From the NCBI GenBank assembly GCA_048772705.1, contig JBLWGC010000104.1:62001-126000 (forward strand): a stretch of 64,000 nt of DNA. The letters are read 5' to 3'. Below the pieces are notes generated by a model. The model saw only the letters and a program-made list of their open reading frames with translations. It was not told the DNA's origin and did not search any database. Shown in pieces: positions 35,622 to 47,451 of this stretch; position 1 is the stretch's first letter, and every line of letters starts with the position of its first letter. The translations under genes and the position numbers were made by a program. The stretch is from Leidyana gryllorum EB-2025a. Its lineage: Eukaryota > Protista > Apicomplexa.

Positions 35622-37378
35622 ATGGATGATCGGTTGGATCTTTCTCAGAAGCTATACACGTACGGACAGACCAGACTGGCTGACTATATTGAGAATGCGG
35701 ACCCGGACATTCAAGAGGTAAGGCAGGGGTCAACACAGTGCAACTGAGGGGATATTGATATAGGCGATGATCGAGTACCTGGAGCTGCGAGGAGTCGATC
35801 GACTGTTCGCATGTGTAGAGAATGTAATGAAGCGTCATAGACAGTTCAAGTCGCAAGGCAGTTTTCAACAAGAGGTGATGCCACCTGAGGTGTTGCACAT
35901 CCAGGATAATGACCTGAGTAAATTGAAAGATAATTTCACCAAGGAGAAACCAGTTGCGCTGGTAAAGAAGAGTCAATTGAGCCAAGATATATTGAGAAAG
36001 GCCGAGAACCATGGGTTAGAGCTAATTCGAGCTGGCAAAGGTGAGGAGGCTGCGCTGTGTGTCGAACACTCAATGATGGACAGTTGCTTATTTGATGCTG
36101 GCGGGAGGTCAAGGGAGCCGGTTAGGGTTTGAGGGACCCAAAGGATGTTACGCGCCCGGATTACCCTCGGGAAAGGCGATTTTCCAGGTAACCATGGAAC
36201 GTTTGAAGCGAATTACCCAGATTGGTAAGTTTGTGAGCCGCGACAGTACATCTCCTTCCCAGCGGGAGCTTCCTCACTGCCGTGTTACATAATGACATCT
36301 GTTGAGAACCATCAGTTAACGAAGTACTACTTTGAGACCCACGACTATTTCGGATTAAATCCAAAGCACGTGCTCTTCTTCCCCCAGACCTTCATGCCGT
36401 CATTCGATCTGGACGGTCAAGTACTACTCGAAAGCCCAACGTCTCTAACTTCTAATCCGAATGGCAACGGAGGGCTCTTCCTATCCTTAAAACATACTGG
36501 CATGTTGCCGGATATGCGGAAACGCGGAATTGAGCTGTAAGTGGCAGTGGTCTTGCGGGGTCCAATCTTTCATCACAGAATTCACGTCTGTGGGGTCGAC
36601 AACATATTAGCTTTACCGTGTGAGCCTGTGTTCGTCGGGTTATGCGACTTGGCGGGCACGCCTGTGGGAAACAAATGTTGTACCAAGGTGAGCAGCGAGT
36701 TGTTGATAAGTTCCAAGGTGCCCGATCACTGCTGTAGGCTTATGCTGCCGAGAAGGTGGGAGTTCAGGTTGCTCTGAAAGATCGGAGTGGGATCCATCCA
36801 TGCGTGGTGGAGTACACGGAGATCACCAAGGAGCAAGCAGAAGCGACGGTGCGCGACGCTGAGGGCAAGGAAGAATTGCTTTATAGCGCTGGCAATATCT
36901 GCAATCATATTTTCCGTCGCGACTTCATCGAGCATCTGCTCATCGATCCCAAGTTCGATTATCACGTGGCAGAAAAGAAGATCACTTATTGGGATATGGA
37001 CAAAGGTGTGTGTGGTGTGTGTCCGGGGGCGTTGTGGCGAGACGTCTTTTTGCAGAATGCGCTATCGTGCCCAGGACGGTGAACGGCATAAAGTTGGAGT
37101 ATTTCATCTTCGACGCCTTCATAGTCGCAGAAAGTCTGTTCGCGTTTGAAGTCGAACGAAGCGAGGAGTTCAGTCCGATCAAGAACACTGAGGGGTTGGA
37201 CTCTCCTCAGACGGCTGTTCGTGATGTTCTGAATCTCCACACAAAATGGTTGGATAAGGCTGGAGTCAGAAAGGCTGGAGATACCCATCGTTATGAGATT
37301 TCTCCACTAGTCAGTTACGCAGGGGAGGGTTTGGAGGGTTTAACCCTTCCGAATGAGTCGATTCTGGCGACTCAATAG
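35622..37378 (+). CDS. UAP1: UDP-N-acetylglucosamine pyrophosphorylase
   Basis: LAGGQGSRLGFEGPKG, MTS, PNGNGG, VDNILA, EKVGV, VVEYTEI, GNICNH, KLEYFIFDAF, RSEEFSPIKN and YEISPLVSYAGEGL. Confidence 0.95.
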
Positions 37379-37404
37379 AGAGAGAAGAAATATTTTGTGC
37401 CTTA

Positions 37405-40400
37405 ATGCCTCACTCTGTCAAGTATTTCGTCACTCACGACCATACCTATGTTAACAATCCGCAGCTGCGCCTGTTTGTAGTTCACAATCCCCAAATCCCA
37501 GAGAACCGATATTGCGTCTTAGCCCTCTGTGATGCGGACCGCGGCCGCGATTTTGTCCTCCATTGGGGCGTTGGTATAGATTCGCCTCAGGAATGGACCG
37601 GTCCGCCAGCTACTGTGCTTCCCCCTTTCCAGCCGTCGACGACTGTGACCAAAGATTTTGCGACCACACCGTTCGTCACTGTGAATCAACTTGAACATGA
37701 TGGCGAGCTTCATCACTGGATCGACGACTTTATTGACGCTGAGAACCTTATCCCAACTCAGTGGAGAATGGTTATCATGAAGCTCAGTACGGCCATCCCA
37801 GTCGTGCTGGGTATCAACTTTGTGCTGAACTCTGGTAACGAATGGATTAAGAACGGGAACAACAATTTCAATATTGATCTGGGGAGTGTGGCCAATGCTG
37901 AGAATGAGCTGTTGAGTCTGGGGTCATTTCTGACGAAATACGCTCCGCAAGAGCCGGATGCAACTCTCAAATGGCGCGTCCGATCGGGCAAACGTACCTT
38001 CCTTCTGCAAGCTATGACTAATGCACGTAAGTTCATCCCTCCCTTAGCCGCCCGGATTTGCACTTCCTGCTGCCAGTGACTGAGCGTCTTGACCTTCTCG
38101 TGATCGCTACACATCCCAACAAGTTGGTGTTGCACTGGGGCGGTTGCGCGGGACCCAACTCTCCATGGCGTCGGTTGCCTACCCAGACTTTGGTGGAGGA
38201 CGATGCCCCCCAGAAATCTATAGTAGTCGATGATAAGGCCCTCCAAACGCCTTTCACATTCCCGGAAGCAGAGTTGTCTATGCAACTGTGTCGCATCAGT
38301 ATTCGAGCGGATGCCGTACCTCAGCTGATTTCGTTTGTTCTCAAAGAAGCTGCCAGTAACATCTGGCTCAAGAATGGCGATGTCGACTTTGTCCTCCAGC
38401 TGCCTCATCGGGCCGAGTGGAAAGCCAAACAGATCGAAGCCGAGGAACAGAGACGCAAGGAGGCCGAATTGGCTAACGCACGCCAGGAGCAGGAAGCCAA
38501 GAGATGGAGCCGACGTTTGGAGAGGTTTGCCGAGAATGCCATTGTTCGGGAGCAAGAAGCCACCATTGCATATGAAACGATCCATTTGTCGGATGACATT
38601 GGGGTAATGGATTGCGTCGTCTTATCAGAAGAGAATTCTGATGGGAAACATTTAATAATTCTTCGTATATACGCTGTTCTCCGGGAAGAATGTGTCTTAC
38701 ACTGGGGCTGCGTCGGGGTCGGGGGAGAGATCCAACGACGCCGAACCGGTGAATGGATCTGCCCTCCCGCCCACCTCTGCCCCGGAGGAACAGTCCCAGT
38801 CGATAAGAAGGCTGCGCAAACTCCCCTCACAGCCTCCCCCGAACACAAGTTTGAGTACCACCTCGAAATCAAATTCCCGGCGACCCAAGTTCCAGTCACT
38901 TCTTCCAGTGACATTGGACTGAGAGCGGAGTTTGGCGGTGTCTGCTTTGTGTTAAAAGAGGTCAACGGTGCCAGATGGTTCAAAGCCTCAGACACGAAAG
39001 ATATTCTGGTTCGTCTCCATCCAGTCACGGGTGTCCAATGGACCGGCACTCACCGTCCGCTTGTTTCACGCATCGTCGAGGCTGAAGTTGAATGGGATCA
39101 TATGACTCTGATGCACCGATATCATCTCTGTAACAGCATTCTGGACGATCATCTCAACTCACCCAACACTCATGCGACTCCAGAAACCATCGCCGAAGAA
39201 CACGATTTCTGGGCTTGGATCTATGTGTGGAACCGCTTCAGCTTCCTCTGTGTGAGTTATCAATTCACCGCCGAGGCGACTCAAATCAATTCATTTCTCC
39301 TCTGCAGTGGTTGGATTGGCAGCGAAGATACAACACCAAGCCCAAAGATCTCGCCCATGCAGCCGAAGTCTTGTCCTGTAAGGTGGCCCGGTGCTGGGCC
39401 ACCCATCCGCGTCATCGCGCTTGGATCAGAATGACACTGGCCACTATGGGCCGCGGCGGATCAGCCGGCCAAGCCATCCGTGACCGCATCCTCGATATTA
39501 TGCACAAACACAAAATACCCGAAACCGCTGGAAACTTCTACGAACAGTGGCACCAAAAGCTCCATAACAATACAACTCCAGATGACATTGGCATCTGTCT
39601 GGCAGTCATCAAATACCTCGAGACAAACAGTCTTCACGAGTACTGGAACGTTCTGAAAGCCCACGACATCTCCGCCGAGAAGTTGGCTTCCTATGAGCGA
39701 AAGATCACCCAACAGCCATATATGCCCCACTGTGATATTGGTGGTCTCATCTGGGATCTTCGCCAATACCTCGATATCCTCAAAGAGGTCCACGATGCTC
39801 TCGATCTCGGCGTAAGCACTCTTCAAATTGTCAATACCGCATCCGTGACCTCAGAAATCTGCTGGACGCGTTCGCCACATGCTGGCTGGAGACATCCAGG
39901 GCCGTCTCGACCACATTTGCCATGAAGCCACCCACGGACAGATTCAGAACTTCCAAGAGGCTACCAACCGAATGGGTCGGGTGAGTGCGGGTGGCGACCC
40001 TAAGAATATCTCTACCCATACTATACTCTCTTTCTGCAGATCTATGACGTCCGCAAAGCCATCATTAACCGTCTCAACGGGGGCGAAAGGAACGATAGCG
40101 TCATCCGTGATCTTCTACTCCTTGACTTCAGTCTGGAGTCCCTCCAAAGCACCTTGTTGCAGGGAGCCAACAAGAGTGAGGGCAGCAAAGAGAACTGGAT
40201 GTTGGTTCTCGGATGGTTTGTCGAACTGTGGTCGCTGCACAACCCCGCCGTGGAGGAATGGGCACGATTGGCCGCTGATTGGAGCTCACTCGGTCTCTCG
40301 GCTATCCGCCAGCAGTTCCACCCTGACGCGCGCCTGAACGCCTTACTTGTCAAAGCCCTCATTGACAGACTTACTCGGTGCGTTGGAGAAACTACTGACC

Positions 40401-42232
40401 TCTTCCAAGAGCGTTTGGGCCCCATGGCGAACTTCCTCGGCCAACAAGTTGATGTTGACCCGGCAAAACTCAACGTCTTTGTCGATGAAGTTCTTCGCGG
40501 ATCAGCTTTGTTTGCTATTTCTCTGGGCGTGAAACATTTGGAACCTCATATCCGAGCTGCAGCCGAACTACCTCCCTGGCAACTCATCAGTCTGGTGTCA
40601 AAGACCCGAGGAGTCCTGCAATCCGTAGCGACCTTGTCAAATATCCAAGACAAAGTCTTCGATCCCCCCACTATCCTGATTAGTGATGCTGTGAATGGCG
40701 AAGAAGAGATCCCGACTGGCGTTCAAGCAGTATTGGTGCGATCCGCAGCTGCTGCCCCCGACATTCTGTCTCACATTGCCGTGCGCGCGCGAAACGCACA
40801 CGTTCTGTTGGCTGTATGCTTCGACAGCAATGTCATCAGCAAATGGGTAAGATACCACCAGATCTCCGATCCCACTGTTTCTGACCTTAAATTACAGGAG
40901 AAGGAATACCAAAATGAATGGGTTGAGATTGGATTAATTATGGGCGGTGCAGACTTGTCTATCGAACGCTTTGAAGTACCTCAGTCCCAGCCGGAGGTGC
41001 TGCAGCGCCGCGGCAGCTTGACCAAGCAGACTTCTCGCAAGCTGTCTCAACCGTTTGATCGACAACTGACTCAGAGCAAGTTGGCTGAGCTTGATATGAC
41101 CACCAAGCTGAGCCGGGCTGCATCCATCAAGGATAATCAAGTAGTCGATTTGAGGACCCCGAGTGCCGATTACTTCATTACTGTGGACAAGTTCACCAGG
41201 GATCTGGTGGGAAGCAAGTCTGCGAATCTGCAGCTACTCAAGTCCAAGCTGCCGCACATGAAGACACCCCGAGCCTTCGCTCTTCCGTACGGTTCTCTGC
41301 AAAAGACGCTCTGCGCCGAGGAGAATCAGCACAAGCTGACCCAGTTGGAACGTATCTTGGGAGAGTTGGGTCCATCAATGTGTAACCAGGAAGCCTCTGC
41401 TTGCTTCCAAGAAGCCCAGCGTCTGTTGAAAGACTTGACGATGCCTTTGGAAATGCGTCAAGCTCTGAAGGAAATTTGGAGCGAAATAGAGCGCACCAAT
41501 CAGTCGCAGGACTCGGGTGTCGTGAAATCTACGCTCAAGAGTTTGTTTGAGAGCACCGGCGAAGAGAAGTGTTGGAAAGCCATCAAGGACGTGTGGCGCA
41601 GTATCTATGCGATGCGGCCGTGGGTATCTCTGGCGAAGGCGAACAGATCTTTCATAAGCTTGAATATGGCTGTGTTGGTTCAGGACCTGATGCCAGCTGA
41701 TTACGCTTTTGTGCTCCATAGCCGTAATCCGTTTGTGGCTGAGGATAGTGCGAAAGCGCGCGAGATGTACGGCGAGATCGTGGTGGGATTGGGAGAAGTG
41801 CTGGTGGCCAACTATCCAGGACGTGCGCTGAGCTGGAAGATGACTGAGAAAGATAGTGGACCTCAGGTGAGTTTCTGTCACTTGGCTCCAATCATCAATG
41901 TTGTGGTGCAGATCGTGGCTTTCCCGGCTAAGTCTCAGGCGTTGTTACCGGAAGCATCGCTGATCTTCCGCAGTGATTCCAACGGTGAAGATTTGGAAGG
42001 ATTCGCTGGGGCGGGATTGTTCGAGAGTGTTCCAGGGATAGCTCCCAAGTTAACATATGTTGGTTATCACAAAGTGCGGCTGATCAATGATCATTCCTGG
42101 AGAGACAATCTGCTGGGACGGATTGGAAAAGCTGCTTTCGCAGTCGAGGACGCATTCCAAAGTCCAATGGACATCGAAGGTGTAGTGTGTGGCGAGGACA
42201 TTATTATAGTCCAAGCACGGCCCCAAGTTTAG
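37405..42232 (+). CDS. GWD: Alpha-glucan water dikinase (R1/GWD)
   Basis: Three N-terminal LHWG carbohydrate-binding-like modules; TLMHRY, WQRRYNTKPK and EQWHQKLHNNTTPDD; phospho-His motif PDILSHIAVRARN; nucleotide-binding IFRSDSNGEDLEGFAGAGLFES; ends VQARPQV. Confidence 0.95.
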
Positions 42233-42251
42233 ATGTGGGATGTCTTTTATT

Positions 42252-42657
42252 TTATTGCGGGTTACGTAATACACAAATAACGGAGTCGCCTCTGAGGAAC
42301 AGTCTAGCAATGTATCGATCCTTGTTAACAGTCCTTTTTATTTTCTTGGAACCATCGCCCGTTGGCACTCGCATTTGCTCTGTCCACATTTCGCGGGCGT
42401 CCGTGAGCAATAGATTGCAGTGACGGTCAAAGGCTTTGATCTGCACAGACGAGTGTATGTTAAAAAACACACGTATAGCTTACTCGACCGAGTATTTTCC
42501 GGTTATGGCGGCAGTTGACAAGGACCTGGCAGTTGTCCCTTACACAGGCAGCCAGTAATGATAGGGGACCCTCGGATGGAGTATCCTTATTAACAGGGGC
42601 AGTTTCTGCAGCAGCTGCACCAGCAGCTGGAGCAGAGGACGAGGGAACCGGGGGCAT
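42252..42657 (-). CDS. SNRPD2: Small nuclear ribonucleoprotein Sm D2
   Basis: GPLSLL...[26 protein letters not shown]...EMWTE and [23 protein letters not shown]; one intron. Confidence 0.95.
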
Positions 42658-42688
42658 TATGAGCAATTTCCAAAAGTTTTTCTTTGCA

Positions 42689-43330
42689 TCACAGGACAGC
42701 TGACGCTAGGGCATGGAAGGACTGCTTTGCCACAGACTTATCTTCTTTCTCCTTCCGTTTCATCTGCACTTCGCGGTCTCGGCGCCATTTTACTGCCCTC
42801 CGTAAAATCGAAAGCAGAACTTTCAGCTCTATGCACAACGCAGCTAAATCGGCTCCTTCATCTGCAGCCTGCGCAAGTTGCAGACTGGATTCCCGCAGGT
42901 ACCGATCGCGCTCCCATAACCAGCGCAACTCAAACCGCGATTGTAAGTCAACCAGATCCAAGTCTTCATAGTCAAGCGAAGTATCCAATTGAAATGTATC
43001 CCCTGCCTCATCCACGAACGTTTCAGTGGTTGTCAGCTCGGAGTTCTTCAGGCTATCGCCTTCTGCCAAGAGTCGATGCAGCCCCTTGACATAGGCTGAC
43101 GGTAACTGTGTCCATCCTGAAGCCCTAAAGACAGATTGATACCCCAGACCGACCCGCCGGCGACGGCTTCACCAACCGCACACGCAAACTATCCCCTTAC
43201 TCAAACTGTTTCCACAGCAGCTCATCTTCTGTGTTCAGGAAGTCTCCCAAAGGGACGCCTGAGACACCTGATTCTATGAGGACGAGGCTCTGAACCCACC
43301 TTCCAGGTTGATAAGACGATCTCCGTCCAT
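42689..43330 (-). CDS. Hypothetical protein, 3 exons
   Basis: ATG 43330 [10 protein letters not shown] splices in phase through two GT-AG introns into ORF 42689-43069. Confidence 0.6.
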
Positions 43331-43393
43331 AGCGGCAAGTGTGTGTTACATGCGTGTTCGAAACCTTTCTTTGGTGAACAGGATGGTGACTCC

Positions 43394-44942
43394 ATGATAG
43401 GTGTATTATTGTTGTTGTTCACAATGTTAGCTGACGCGAACTTTGGTCCCAGACCGCGAGGGAAATCTTTGGTACAGCGAAGGACCAGTCTATCGCTGAA
43501 CAAAGGTCATTTCTCTTCCCGCAAAGAAGCTGAGGGTAATGTCACCGTCAGTGATGTGCAGCTATTGCGTATTAATGGCTCTATTTTTCCCCAAACCGAC
43601 AAGAGGCTGGCTGTAGCAGCTTCCTCCAACTCGACCAGAAGAACAACAAGTCGTCGTCGGCATGTTTACCGACACCGGCGGCGTCGAAGGGGTTCGCGGG
43701 GGCCCCGCAGGTATTTCTCTACCGGTACAACTACTGAGCCTCGAGGATCATTTGGGGGCGTGCAGCCCTATGATGAGGATCTGAGGGAATGTACTGCTCG
43801 GAGATTAATATGCGATCCTCCGCCTGACCTTCACAATACGTATCCTGTATTTGGTGATTTGGTTACAGGGGAATGGCAGTGGTGGCAATTGACTTTTGGC
43901 CTGGTTCCGGACGAGATGAAGCCTAATCCCGAGGCAGCTCCGATCTGCAACAGCATTACGGGGGACGGGAGTAACATGAGTTCGGATGAATGCAAGCGGC
44001 ATTGCCAGAGTAGAATTGAAGAATGTTTGGTGGTGCGTCAAAATTGGAAGTATGACAGTTGGGCGAGTCAAATGGAGAACGCTGGGTCCACGACGAGTCA
44101 GCCGGTGTGCGAGTTGGACTACAATGGGGTGTTCGACTGTGTGTATCACGAATTGTTACAATGGTGCGGTGGAGCGTGTTTCTCGGTTGTGGATGGTCGT
44201 GAGACACGGTGTATGATTCCGTTTCAGTCGTGCAAAGACAATCCGGATGGCTACCACCCGGACGAAGCCCCTTTAGTAGATCAGTTTTCTGACGACCCTG
44301 GCGGTAGTGGCGGCGACACTGAGACAGACCCCGACCCCGGGAACGGCGGCAACACTGACGGCGACGACACTGATGGGGACGACGATCCCGGGGATACTAC
44401 GAACACTGATGGGGACCCGACTACCACCAGCACGGAAGAGAGTACATCAACAACGGTTTCGTCCACGTCTGAAGAGACAGAGGCCACCACCATGACGGTA
44501 AGCTGAGAGCGGTTGTCCTTTCGGAGGCGGGTGCGGGGGGGTTGAGGTGGATAGAAAAAGGCACGCACACACACACACACTGCAGGTGGAGGAGGAGGCT
44601 AAGGGCATGGGAAAGGCAGCGGAGTTGCTGGGAGGTGCAATTGTATTGGTGGCAGCGTCAGCAGCGGGGGGGTATTGTTGCCATTGCTGCAACAGCTCTA
44701 TAATTGATGTGAAGGGTATGCGGGACTTTGCCCAGAACACAGCAGATGTAAGTGGTTTGAGTTCTCTTCTTCAGCAGATCCTTTCCATTTGATAGTGTGC
44801 TGACGACGCTGATCGTCTGATGGATGAGGAAAAAGATATGAGAGAGGAGGTGCGAAGAAACAGGGCTTTACAACACAAGACTTTACTCACCCATAGCCAT
44901 CTGTTTGTCCCGAGTGCCACACCATCACCTGATGTAGTTTAG
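43394..44942 (+). CDS. Type-I membrane protein with a 12-Cys ectodomain, D/G/T-rich stalk and acidic tail (paralogue A)
   Basis: Signal peptide MIGVLLLLFTMLADA; Cys-rich domain; intron 44498-44585; TM LLGGAIVLVAASAAGGYCCHCC; tail GMRDFAQ...DDADRLMDEEKDMREE. Confidence 0.8.
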
Positions 44943-44943
44943 C

Positions 44944-46002
44944 ATGTATACGTTACCGTTATGGTTCTTGTTGGATCTGATTCAAATTGTTTTGACCAAT
45001 GGTGTGAGAGAACGCTGGGCTCCCCGAACGTGTGGTACCGCTCAGGAGCTCTGTTCGCCTCCCCCCAATTTGCACGGGTGGGTCTATGACCGGACACACG
45101 GCCGCCCCACCACTCAGCCCACCGTGCCCAGAGAGCCCGTCGGGAAGGTGCCGGCTGGCTATCGGCCCAATCCGGACGCCATGCCGGCCTGCGATACAAG
45201 TTGGTCAGCTCAACAAGCGATCAGTGACGAGTGGTGCCGAGCCCAGTGCTACGTACGCAAATCGGACTGTCTCGAGGTCCCTCAACAATGGGTCTTTGAG
45301 GCGTGGTATATGGACAGCGAAAAGCTCCCCGGAAACTCTTCCTGCGCACGAACTCACGCAAACGGCATATATGACTGCACCTACGCCGACATACTGACAA
45401 TGTGTGGCGTCCACTGCTTCTCTTCTACCTGCGGCAAATGGGTCCGGTGTTTATTACCCCTCAACTATTGCCCAGATGACGACCAATGTCCAGGAGACGT
45501 GATCGCCACTCCCCTCCCCCCTGCAACTACACAACTACTCACAGAACCAGAAGACCCAACCACACAACAGGGCGACTCCACCACATACTCCGACACTTCA
45601 ACATCCATTCCAATTGATGATGACGACCCCCCAACGTCGCCGCCGCCGCCCCCTTTTTGGACCACGAGTACAAAGAGAGATGAACTCTCTGGAGGCCAAT
45701 TGGTCGGCGGCGCGCTTGTTGTCGCTGCCGCCGCCTCTGCCAGTGGCGTTTGTATCTACAGAAGTTCAGTGGCCACCGAAGGTATGAGAGACTTTGCTCA
45801 GACAGTATTGGAGGTACGGCGCCCCACTTACCGCTCCCTTTCCTAAAAACCCTCTCAGGAAGTCGATGATGCAGGCAGAGCCATTGACGAAGAAGAAGCT
45901 CTCAAGGAGGAGGCGCAGGCGAATCGAGCTCGCCAAATGCGCAGATTCAGCACCCAGATGCAGACAATCATACCACCACCCCAACAAACCATGCAGCCTT
46001 AG
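44944..46002 (+). CDS. Type-I membrane protein with a 12-Cys ectodomain, T/P-rich stalk and acidic tail (paralogue B)
   Basis: Signal peptide MYTLPLWFLLDLIQIVLTNG; homologous Cys domain; TM LVGGALVVAAAASASGVCIY; tail GMRDFAQ...DDAGRAIDEEEALKEE after an intron. Confidence 0.8.
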
Positions 46003-46167
46003 CACAAACCAACTGGGTCACTGAGACACAGAGAGACACACAATTAATAGATCGGAGACGCCGTCTCCCGTCTCCCGTCTCCTTACCCTCCCATCCACTT
46101 AACTCAACAAACAACAGCAGATCTTCCTTCTTTGCCTTCTTCTCTCTTCGGCCTTCGATTTCAAACA

Positions 46168-47292
46168 ATGAAGATGTTTGTTCCTCTCGCATTCCTCTTG
46201 GCCACCGTTGCCGCCACTCAAGTGACTTTGGAAGATGTTTACGGACCCGCTCCTCGAGTTGAAAACATGGCTCCCATCGCTGGTGGTCTCCGCTCTCGCG
46301 CTGCTCGTCCCGCTTCCTACACTAAGCGTCGTACCGCTGAGCAGTGTGACTTCCCTTTCGAGATCCTCCTCGTCCAAGATCTCACTGCTTCCTTCAACGA
46401 CAACTTTGATGCGATGGTCCAAACCCAATTGCCTCAAATGTTCTCTGCCCTCGGCTCTTCTCACCCAGACACAACTTACGGCGCCCTCACTTTCCGGGAC
46501 AAACCGGTCCAGCCCCTCGGAAACCCTCCTACCGACTTCTGCCAGCAATTCGGTCTCGACTTCACCGCCAACACCACTGCCATCACATCTTTCTATGAGC
46601 CCCTCCGTCGTGTGGGCGGTGGAGATCCCGCCGAGAATCAGTTTGGTGCCCTTATCGCGTCCATCAGATCCAACCAGATCTCCTGGGCTTCTAATGCAGA
46701 GTCCACCAAGTTGATTGTTTTGGTCACTGATGCTCCTCCTCATTTCGAAGGAGACGAAGGCAACACCTTCGGTATGAAGACTGCCACTGGTCTCTTCAGT
46801 GATGAAACTGCCGAGAAGGACTGCCTCGAATACTATTACCCTTCCCCCGACCAGGTCTTGGCCAACTTGAAGGGATTGGAGGCTTATCTTGCAGTCCTTG
46901 TCTACGACCCCGAGTACTGGAACGGTCTCCCCGCCAAGTCCTGGCAGTGGTTCAACCGTTTCATCGGACAGACCGATGACTTTGCCAATCTCTCTGCAAA
47001 CGATCAATCTGACTTCTGGACTCAATTGAGCAAAGTTGTCGAGTTTATCGAGAATCTCGAGTGTGTTGACTCCACCACCGCTACCCCTGTCGAGCCCACT
47101 GTCACTCCGGTTGGCACTGAGCAAACTCCTGAGGCTCAAACCACTTTCATCCTTCCGCCTCCCCTCACCCGGACTATTCCGGCTACTGATGAGTGTCAAG
47201 AAACCATTATCTGCGAGGAGGACGTCTTGATCAAGATCGGGTTCCCCCCTGACAATCTCAATGTTGTTGTTGATGGAAAGCAAATTGCCTAA
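46168..47292 (+). CDS. Secreted integrin-beta I-like (vWA) domain protein
   Basis: Signal peptide MKMFVPLAFLLATVAA; PFEILLVQDLTASFNDN (MIDAS-like DxTxS), FRDKP, GGGDPAEN, ISW, KLIVLVTDAPPHFEGD and YYPSPDQV match the motif order of the integrin beta I domain; T/P stalk; no TM; intronless. Confidence 0.85.
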   Translation: MKMFVPLAFLLATVAATQVTLEDVYGPAPRVENMAPIAGGLRSRAARPASYTKRRTAEQCDFPFEILLVQDLTASFNDNFDAMVQTQLPQMFSALGSSHPDTTYGALTFRDKPVQPLGNPPTDFCQQFGLDFTANTTAITSFYEPLRRVGGGDPAENQFGALIASIRSNQISWASNAESTKLIVLVTDAPPHFEGDEGNTFGMKTATGLFSDETAEKDCLEYYYPSPDQVLANLKGLEAYLAVLVYDPEYWNGLPAKSWQWFNRFIGQTDDFANLSANDQSDFWTQLSKVVEFIENLECVDSTTATPVEPTVTPVGTEQTPEAQTTFILPPPLTRTIPATDECQETIICEEDVLIKIGFPPDNLNVVVDGKQIA

Positions 47293-47451
47293 ACAACAAG
47301 TATTGATTTGTCTACTATCATTTGAAGTCTTTCATAACATTGGTATTTATTCTTCTTCTTCGCTTCTAGATAGCCTTACAATCAATTGTTCGCCAACTAC
47401 AAATGATCAACAATGCTTCCAAACCAATCCAATCCAGCTTGAGGGACATTC

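Noticed and set aside
35557-36012. N-terminal 150-aa extension of the 1591-aa ORF
   Set aside because: Antisense to UAP1 exons 1-2; a Met at 35556 preceded by an A-tract is a better start
43090-43340. Apparent intergenic region that could hold an snRNA
   Set aside because: Resolves into two small in-phase exons of the 42689-43330 gene
46099-47283. 394-aa antisense ORF
   Set aside because: Shadow of the codon-biased integrin-beta-like gene on the opposite strand; no independent motif
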